Virus record (IMG/VR): IMGVR_UViG_3300034061_003277
Coordinates: 479 to 64,478 of that record
Source of the DNA: a virus
Taxonomy: Duplodnaviria > Heunggongvirae > Uroviricota > Caudoviricetes
DNA: 64,000 nucleotides
Direction: 5' to 3' (one strand)
Shown: positions 57,158 to 64,000 of the stretch, piece after piece
Layout of the letters: each line of letters opens with the position of its first letter
How positions within the stretch are numbered: position 1 is the stretch's first letter
Notes under the pieces: generated by a model
The model's input: only the letters and a program-made list of their open reading frames with translations
What the model was told of the DNA's origin: nothing
The model's database searches: none
Program-made: the position numbers and the translations under genes

Positions 57158-59038
57158 ATGGCAACTACTGAAAATAGAAATATAGTCTACTTAAACAAAA
57201 ACTTCTCAGATTTTAGAACAAATCTTATTGAGTTTGCTAGAACATATTTCCCTCAAACATATAATGACTTTACTCCTGCGTCACCTGGAATGATGTTTAT
57301 GGAGATGTCTGCGTATATAGGAGACGTTATGACATTTTACTTGGATAACCAAATCCAAGAAAACTTCATACAGTATGCTAAACAACGAAATAATGTATAT
57401 GCTTTAGCTTATATGTTAGGTTACTTCCCTAAAGCCACAGGAGTAGCCACAGTAGATATAGACATATATCAACAAGTACCTTCTATTTTAAGTGGTTCAA
57501 CATTTATTCCTGATTACAATTACACTCTTAGAATGTTAGAGAATACATCTTTAGCTTCTACCACTGTACCATCATCGCCTACATTTTTAATTCAAGATGG
57601 CGTTGACTTCTCTTTTTCAAGCTCATTAGACCCAACTGAAGTTAGTATATATCAAACAACAGGTAACTCTGTTGATTATTTCTTATTAAAAAAACAACGC
57701 ACCGCCATCTCAGCCCAAATTCAAACTACAACATTCTCATTTGGTGCTCCTCAAAGATACCCAACAGTAGAAATTCTTGATTCTAATATAATTGGTATAT
57801 TAGATATTACAGATAGTGAAGGGAATAAATGGTATGAGGTGCCGTATTTAGGTCAAGAAATGGTTTATGACACTATTAAAAATACTAATGTCAATGACCC
57901 TAATTTCTACACAGATGAAGGAGATACTCCATATCTATTAAGATTAAAGAAAATTCAAAGAAGATTTATCACTAGATTTATATCTGATCAAGTTCTTCAA
58001 CTCCAATTTGGAGCTGGGACAACTCCTGCAAATAACGATGAGGAAATTACCCCCAACCCTGATAATGTAGGTCTAGGATTACCTTATAAAAGATCATTAT
58101 TATCTACAGCATTTTCTCCTTCTAACTTCCTATACACAGACACATATGGTATTGCCCCATATAACACTACATTAACTGTAAGATATTTAGTAGGAGGAGG
58201 TTTACAATCTAATATAAATGGTGGAATTTTAAATAGAATTAATACTACAACTAATATAAAGTTTAATTATCCTAATCTTAATTCTAATTTATCTACATTT
58301 GTATTTAATTCTTTAACTATAACTAACCCTAAAGCTGCTTCTGGAGGAGGCGCTGGAGATACTATAGATGAGATAAAACAAAAATCATTAGTTAATTTTA
58401 CTACTCAATTAAGAAGTGTAACTCAAGATGACTATTTGATAAGAGCATTAAGTCTCCCATCAGAGTATGGCTCAGTAGCTAAAGCATATATTGAACCAGA
58501 AAAAATATCTAATTTACTACCTGGAGAAACTCCATCTGTATTAGATTTATATATTTTAGCTTATGATGTTAATAAAGATTTAGTTGTAGCTTCTGAGGCT
58601 CTAAAGCATAACCTTAAAACTTATCTATCACAATATAGAATCATCAATGACTCCATCAGAATTAAAGATGCATTTGTTATTAATATAGGTATCAATTTTG
58701 ACCTTATTATACTACCGCAATTTAACAATAATGAAGTTATAACACAGTGTATACTCGCTTTACAAAATTATTTTACAATTGATAATTGGCAAATCAATCA
58801 ACCTATCATTCTTAGAGATTTATATATACTTTTAGATAAAATAGAAGGAGTACAAACTGTAAAAGATATATCTATATCTAACAAAAATTCTTCTAACTCT
58901 ACCTCAGATTACTCTGTGTATTCATATGATATATCTGGGGCTACTAGAAATGGAATAATATACCCTTCATTAGATCCTATGATATTTGAAGTTAAATTTC
59001 CTGAATTAGATATTAAAGGAAGAGTGGTTCCTTTATAA
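57158..59038 (+). CDS. baseplate J-like protein (T4 gp6 / P2 gpJ family)
   Basis: N-terminal FSDFRTNLIEFARTYFPQTYNDFTPASPGMMFMEMSAYIGDVMTFYLD typical of Baseplate_J; follows the gp25-like gene. Confidence 0.6.
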   Translation: MATTENRNIVYLNKNFSDFRTNLIEFARTYFPQTYNDFTPASPGMMFMEMSAYIGDVMTFYLDNQIQENFIQYAKQRNNVYALAYMLGYFPKATGVATVDIDIYQQVPSILSGSTFIPDYNYTLRMLENTSLASTTVPSSPTFLIQDGVDFSFSSSLDPTEVSIYQTTGNSVDYFLLKKQRTAISAQIQTTTFSFGAPQRYPTVEILDSNIIGILDITDSEGNKWYEVPYLGQEMVYDTIKNTNVNDPNFYTDEGDTPYLLRLKKIQRRFITRFISDQVLQLQFGAGTTPANNDEEITPNPDNVGLGLPYKRSLLSTAFSPSNFLYTDTYGIAPYNTTLTVRYLVGGGLQSNINGGILNRINTTTNIKFNYPNLNSNLSTFVFNSLTITNPKAASGGGAGDTIDEIKQKSLVNFTTQLRSVTQDDYLIRALSLPSEYGSVAKAYIEPEKISNLLPGETPSVLDLYILAYDVNKDLVVASEALKHNLKTYLSQYRIINDSIRIKDAFVINIGINFDLIILPQFNNNEVITQCILALQNYFTIDNWQINQPIILRDLYILLDKIEGVQTVKDISISNKNSSNSTSDYSVYSYDISGATRNGIIYPSLDPMIFEVKFPELDIKGRVVPL

Positions 59039-59070
59039 AAGATAACCAAACTTTATATTTATAATAAAAA

Positions 59071-60180
59071 ATGGCAGTATATAAAATATTTCCTTCTAAA
59101 GATGCCACTATATATTCAGATACTCCTAATAAAAATACAGGACTTGATGAAATATTAGATGTGTCTGTATTTCCTACATCATTAGATGGGTATGCTTTAG
59201 CTAGCAGATTTCTTATCCAGTTCTCCTCAGATGATATATCTAGTACTTTAGACAGTAAAGTTCAAGATAAACAATGGGACGCATATTTAAGAACTTTTAT
59301 AGCTAATGTAGATGGTCTAAATCTAGACACTATTGTAGAAGCCTACCCTGTATCGCAATCTTGGGACATGGGAATAGGAAAATACTTATACAACCCTGAA
59401 GTAACAACAGGAGTGAGCTGGACTTGGAAAGATTACAAAGACGGAAACGCTTGGTTCACATCATCTACTGCTTTTAATCCTAACACTACAGGATCATGGT
59501 TTATTTCATCATCTATTGGAGGTGGAACTTGGTATACTAATTATGGTGCCTCTCAAAGTTTTAGTTACTATGGAGATAAAGACATAAATCTAAAAGTAAC
59601 CCCAACTGTAGGAGCTTGGTATAGTAGTAGTCTTAACAACAACGGATTTATACTTAAACAACAAGTTGAATTCAACACTGGCTCAGTTTATGATACTAAT
59701 CTAAAATATTTTTCTCGAGATACACATACTATTTACCCACCTTGCTTAGAAATTAGATGGAGAGACTATGAATTTAATACTGGTTCATCAGGTATAACAA
59801 TTCTTAACACTACACCAGCCACTATAGCTTTAGATGAAAACCCAGGGACCTTCTACCCTAGCAGCGTAAACAGATTTAGAGTTAATAGCCGACCAGAATA
59901 CCCTACAAGAGTATTCAGTACAGCTTCCTATTATGTTCAAAATTATTATCTTCCAACATCATCATATTATGCTATCAAAGATTTAGATACTAATGAATAT
60001 GTAATTGAATTTGATGATTTATATACCCAATTAAGCGCTGATGCTACTGGTAGTTATTTTGATTTATACATGAATGGTTTGGAACCTGAAAGATATTATA
60101 GTATATTAATCAAAACCTCTCTTAATGGTAATGTATTAGTGTTTAGTAATGATTATTATTTTAAAGTTATAAATGGCTAA
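59071..60180 (+). CDS. putative baseplate/tail-fibre-associated structural protein
   Basis: 369 aa, beta-rich, downstream of baseplate J. Confidence 0.4.
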   Translation: MAVYKIFPSKDATIYSDTPNKNTGLDEILDVSVFPTSLDGYALASRFLIQFSSDDISSTLDSKVQDKQWDAYLRTFIANVDGLNLDTIVEAYPVSQSWDMGIGKYLYNPEVTTGVSWTWKDYKDGNAWFTSSTAFNPNTTGSWFISSSIGGGTWYTNYGASQSFSYYGDKDINLKVTPTVGAWYSSSLNNNGFILKQQVEFNTGSVYDTNLKYFSRDTHTIYPPCLEIRWRDYEFNTGSSGITILNTTPATIALDENPGTFYPSSVNRFRVNSRPEYPTRVFSTASYYVQNYYLPTSSYYAIKDLDTNEYVIEFDDLYTQLSADATGSYFDLYMNGLEPERYYSILIKTSLNGNVLVFSNDYYFKVING

Positions 60181-60517
60181 TTACCCTTTAAATAAAACCC
60201 AATATGGGAAAATATCGTATGAAAATGTTATAGATACTTCTATAACCCAATTACAGACTCCTCCTCCCCCAAAACAGAACACAGTAACTGTAGAGGAATT
60301 CTTTAATTATTATCAAACTTTATTCTTCCAAATACCTAAAGAGGGAACTATAAACTCTCATACATTTTTAGTAGAGCAAAGTGGTCAATATATAGGAACA
60401 AACAACATAACAGAAGATGTTCAAGCATTGTTAGATGAAATAACAGCTTTAAGACAAGATCTTTTAGCAGCTAACCAACAGCTAATAAATCTTCAAACGA
60501 ATTCAAATACAATATGA
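60173..60517 (+). CDS. hypothetical protein
   Basis: 114 aa; stop overlaps next ATG (ATGA). Confidence 0.45.
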   Translation: MANYPLNKTQYGKISYENVIDTSITQLQTPPPPKQNTVTVEEFFNYYQTLFFQIPKEGTINSHTFLVEQSGQYIGTNNITEDVQALLDEITALRQDLLAANQQLINLQTNSNTI

Positions 60518-63500
60518 GTGCAAATATAACAGAAATATCACCAATAACGTTAGTTCCCACTCAGTTTCTTTCTGTTTCTGAACAAAATTTAATCCAAACT
60601 CAAGAAGGTAGTGCAGCTTTTAATCCTGAAACTGATTATGTTGAGTATACTATAGTATCATCACCTGATGGACAGTTCCAGGTCACAGATATACCTTACA
60701 TAGGATATAGTTTCACTACAATGCCTAATGCTGCTCCTGAAATAAGCATAGATGTTGAGAACGATTTAGCAGCTTTAGGATATACTACTGGTAACTTTAA
60801 TGTATTATATAATTTTTTAAGACCTATATTAAGTTCATCATATGATAATGCTATCTTTTACATAAAAGAGATATCATCTGATAGAACTGAAGTTAAAATC
60901 TCAAGCCAACAAATAGGCAATGTTGAGTTGTTAGCTGAGATTAATGCTTTTATAAATCAAAGAAGCACATCACTATATTTTGAAGATTTTTATTTAGATT
61001 TTGGGGGCAATTCATTATCAATAGCTAATAATTTAGTATTAGATACAACCTCAACTCCTTTTACTTTATTAGTAAATTTATATGATCCCTTACCTAATAC
61101 TGTAAAGTTAAATGATACATTTTGGATGGTGGAAATGTCCGCTAACCCTTTATCATTTAATGTAGAGTTTATCCCTGAGGCTATTGACCTCCCAATAACA
61201 ACTGCCCCAATAAAGGGTCCTAATTTTGATTTGCCTTTTAAAAATCAAATCAATAACTCAACAAATTACTTAGATTACACTCAACTATTAGTTACAAACA
61301 ATAGTTCTTCTTATTTCCAAATTAATAATTTATTAGAAGAAAAAGGATTAGAAATTAATATAGACTATGATGACTATGCTAATTTTATCCATTTCTCCTC
61401 AGCCCTACAAAGATTAAAAAACTTTAAGTATAAAGTCCAATTAATAGAGCAATATAACAACGATATAGACGTATTATTAACTGTTAACTCACCTAATGCA
61501 ATAGGTGATGTAGTGATTCTTGAGGGTAAAATAAACAATATTATAACCAATTTTGATGGGTATGAGTATTTTCTTTATTTTGAATCTGGCTCACAGTACA
61601 CATGGCCTAAACAAAATTCATCTCAACCTTATCAATTATATTCATCAACCTCACCTACTGTTACTACATGGTATGGTAGCGAGGATTTATCTTCCCCATA
61701 CTTTGGAGGAGTATCTTTAAGCGCATCTGTATATGATCAAAACAACCAAGATTATCTATATTATACAGTCCCAGAATACATAAGAGACGATTCTAGCAAT
61801 GACCCATATAAGTTATTTATAGATATGATGGGTCAAATGTATGATAACATTTGGGTTTACTATAAAGATATTTCTAATTTACATCACGCTGATAATAGAT
61901 TAGACCATGGAATTTCAAAAGACTTAGTAGCAGACGCTCTAAGATCATTTGGTATAAAAATTTATCAAAATAACTACTCCACAGACGATTTATACGCCGC
62001 ATTTTTAGGATACAACCAAGCATCAGGCTCATATTATATCTCATCATCAGGAGAGTATATAAATGATTATGTGACAGCATCACCTGAAGCAGCAGTTGAA
62101 CCAACAGATGATGTAAATAAAGAAGTATATAAACGTTTATATCATAACTTACCATATTTACTTAAAACCAAAGGTACTATTCCTGGTTTAAGAACACTTA
62201 TTAATTGTTATGGTATCCCGGATTCTATTTTAAGAATTAGTGAATTTGGAGGAAAAGATAGAGATATTTCTACATATGATTATTATTACCAAAGATTTAG
62301 TAAGGCATTTCAACCTAAAAATAATGCTGTAGCTTTAATACCTTGGTTACCATTATATAGAAATTATTTAAATACCCTTAATAGATTCTATGTGTGGCCT
62401 GTGGGTTATGTAGCTCCTGTTAACTTTAATAATCAAGACTACATACTAGAAGACGAAAATACATTTTACACAGTTCCTGACTGTATACAATTTAGATTTA
62501 AGACAACTGGGGTACCCCCGACAACCCATTATTCTCAATCTTTATTATTAAAAGTAACAACAGGTAGTTTAGTAGTAGACCCAAGCCAAAATGAATATGT
62601 AGTTAATAATTATATAGACAATTACTTTATAAGTGATATAGTTTTTGAGGATGCTACTAAAAACTGGGATCTAGGACTATTCTTATTTTACACAGGATCA
62701 GGAACAGAATATATAGGGCCGGATTATTACCCTAATTACCAATATGGTAATTTAAGATTTTATCTTTCTGGCTCTTCACTTGAGGGAGGATTTGCCCAGT
62801 CTGAAGATATATACCTTCCATTCTTTGACGGCGGTTGGTGGAATGTGATGCTACAAAGAAATACTCATCCTTCATCATCTCAAAATGATCAAAATACAAC
62901 ATATACATTATATGCTGCTAATAAAATATATAATGGGTATGATGGAGATATTATTGGGTATGTAGGTTCATCAAGTTTATATGTTGATGGAGCTACATCT
63001 AGCTCTCTTAATGCTGCCTGGAATAGACATACAAATGATGCTTACCTAGCACTAAACACAGGAATGTTTGTAGGTGGGTTTGTGTCTGGAGCAATGGTTA
63101 ATGATAACTACACCCAAAACCCAGGGATACTATTTACAGGCTCATTACAAGAATTTAGATACTACTCTCAAGACTTAACCCAAGAAATATTCGAAAACTT
63201 CACTATGAACCCAGAGTCTATTGAAGGTTTATCTTTAACAGGCCCATTAAGTTCATTTGATATACAAAATTTTAGAGCCCCATTAGGTAATGAATTAATA
63301 GATGATTTCTTATATTTTGTAACAGGATCCACAAACTATGATTTATATAATTCAGTTCACCCAGCTTCTACTGCCTCAGCTGAATCATTAATAACTCAGT
63401 CATTTATCTTACCTTCTTCTACTTTTGTTAATTTTAGTGTAGATAACCCAAACTCTAACCTAAACATATTAAATAATTTAACTTATACTAATATATTTAG

Positions 63501-64000
63501 TAACTTATCTAGCCAAGATGTGTCAAGTGGAGCATACTTAAGTTGGGACCCAATTACAGGAGCACTACTAGTCAATGACACATGTTTAGGAGGAGCAGGT
63601 GAATTTGTAATAGAAGGAACAATAGATGACCCACTATCAAGCACATATGATGTGTTATTTGTAGTGTCATCATCTGTGCGAGGAGAAATAGCATCATCAA
63701 CAATAAACATCACTTCCCCAAGTAGTTACTTAGTACAATTTGCCCCAGTATCTATATACAATGGGGAACTTATAACCATACTAGCTAGTGGTTCTATAAA
63801 TAATATAGACATAACACCAGCATCTATTTATGGCTTAAGTATTGAAAACTTATCTGTTAAAGGAGTTACTACTTTAAGTAATTACCAAATATTATACTAT
63901 TCTTCATCTACATCTGCTAGTCATACTGAAAATCAAGTTGAGACATATTACTTTGACCAACCTATAGCCGGGATTAGAAATCGTGTAAATGAAAAGATAA
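60514..64000 (+). CDS. large tail-fibre/structural protein, C-terminally truncated by window end
   Basis: Open frame from ATG 60514 with no stop for >1160 codons (absent from track because no stop in window); S/T/N/Y-rich repetitive beta composition. Confidence 0.6.
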   Translation, partial: MSANITEISPITLVPTQFLSVSEQNLIQTQEGSAAFNPETDYVEYTIVSSPDGQFQVTDIPYIGYSFTTMPNAAPEISIDVENDLAALGYTTGNFNVLYNFLRPILSSSYDNAIFYIKEISSDRTEVKISSQQIGNVELLAEINAFINQRSTSLYFEDFYLDFGGNSLSIANNLVLDTTSTPFTLLVNLYDPLPNTVKLNDTFWMVEMSANPLSFNVEFIPEAIDLPITTAPIKGPNFDLPFKNQINNSTNYLDYTQLLVTNNSSSYFQINNLLEEKGLEINIDYDDYANFIHFSSALQRLKNFKYKVQLIEQYNNDIDVLLTVNSPNAIGDVVILEGKINNIITNFDGYEYFLYFESGSQYTWPKQNSSQPYQLYSSTSPTVTTWYGSEDLSSPYFGGVSLSASVYDQNNQDYLYYTVPEYIRDDSSNDPYKLFIDMMGQMYDNIWVYYKDISNLHHADNRLDHGISKDLVADALRSFGIKIYQNNYSTDDLYAAFLGYNQASGSYYISSSGEYINDYVTASPEAAVEPTDDVNKEVYKRLYHNLPYLLKTKGTIPGLRTLINCYGIPDSILRISEFGGKDRDISTYDYYYQRFSKAFQPKNNAVALIPWLPLYRNYLNTLNRFYVWPVGYVAPVNFNNQDYILEDENTFYTVPDCIQFRFKTTGVPPTTHYSQSLLLKVTTGSLVVDPSQNEYVVNNYIDNYFISDIVFEDATKNWDLGLFLFYTGSGTEYIGPDYYPNYQYGNLRFYLSGSSLEGGFAQSEDIYLPFFDGGWWNVMLQRNTHPSSSQNDQNTTYTLYAANKIYNGYDGDIIGYVGSSSLYVDGATSSSLNAAWNRHTNDAYLALNTGMFVGGFVSGAMVNDNYTQNPGILFTGSLQEFRYYSQDLTQEIFENFTMNPESIEGLSLTGPLSSFDIQNFRAPLGNELIDDFLYFVTGSTNYDLYNSVHPASTASAESLITQSFILPSSTFVNFSVDNPNSNLNILNNLTYTNIFSNLSSQDVSSGAYLSWDPITGALLVNDTCLGGAGEFVIEGTIDDPLSSTYDVLFVVSSSVRGEIASSTINITSPSSYLVQFAPVSIYNGELITILASGSINNIDITPASIYGLSIENLSVKGVTTLSNYQILYYSSSTSASHTENQVETYYFDQPIAGIRNRVNEKI

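Overview
This is a 64-kb AT-rich window from what appears to be a large virulent tailed phage of a Bacteroidetes (Flavobacteriia-type) host. The host assignment rests on '...SQ' signal-peptide cleavage motifs, sigma-A-like TTTG/TAnnTTTA promoters, weak Shine-Dalgarno sequences and a conserved AAAGTTATG start context. All credible genes (about 125) lie on the + strand; the minus-strand ORFs in the track look spurious.

Layout, in order:
- 39-5314: a translationally coupled sugar operon. It encodes a NeuB/PseI-family nonulosonic-acid synthase, a Gfo/Idh/MocA oxidoreductase, a PseH-like GNAT, a Cst-II/GT42-like transferase and a GT2 glycosyltransferase.
- 5.5-12.6 kb: early/accessory genes. They include a DksA/TraR-like zinc finger, an HNH-like endonuclease and an endolysin (PG-binding domain plus GH19).
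- 12.6-16.7 kb: a phage-encoded two-component signalling module. It comprises a cytoplasmic PAS histidine kinase, a secreted protein, a membrane histidine kinase paralog, a REC-only response regulator and a coiled-coil membrane protein.
- 17.3-17.6 kb: tRNA-Leu(TAA) and tRNA-Met(CAT).
- 18-22.7 kb: an RNA-repair cassette with two calcineurin-like phosphoesterases, a P-loop polynucleotide-kinase-like protein and a KxHGxN RNA ligase.
- 22.9-44.9 kb: about 70 small genes, nearly every one preceded by a conserved ~45-nt phage promoter (about 30 copies in class II, 3 in class I). This stretch includes an ATP-dependent DNA ligase, a RecA-fold ATPase, a DUF932-like protein and paralogous small-protein families.
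- 28.7-29.66 kb: a ~1-kb non-coding block of four aberrant tRNA-like elements that share one acceptor stem.
- 44.9-45.5 kb: a GC-rich palindromic non-coding island.
- 45.5-64 kb: a late/structural region. It contains a ClpP-family protease, a hotdog thioesterase, an HD hydrolase, a possible divergent sigma factor, gp25-like and baseplate-J-like myovirus baseplate proteins, and a tail-fibre ORF of more than 1160 aa that runs off the window.

The most novel candidates are the phage two-component system, the phage nonulosonate glycosylation operon, the dual-class promoter architecture and the aberrant tRNA-like block.
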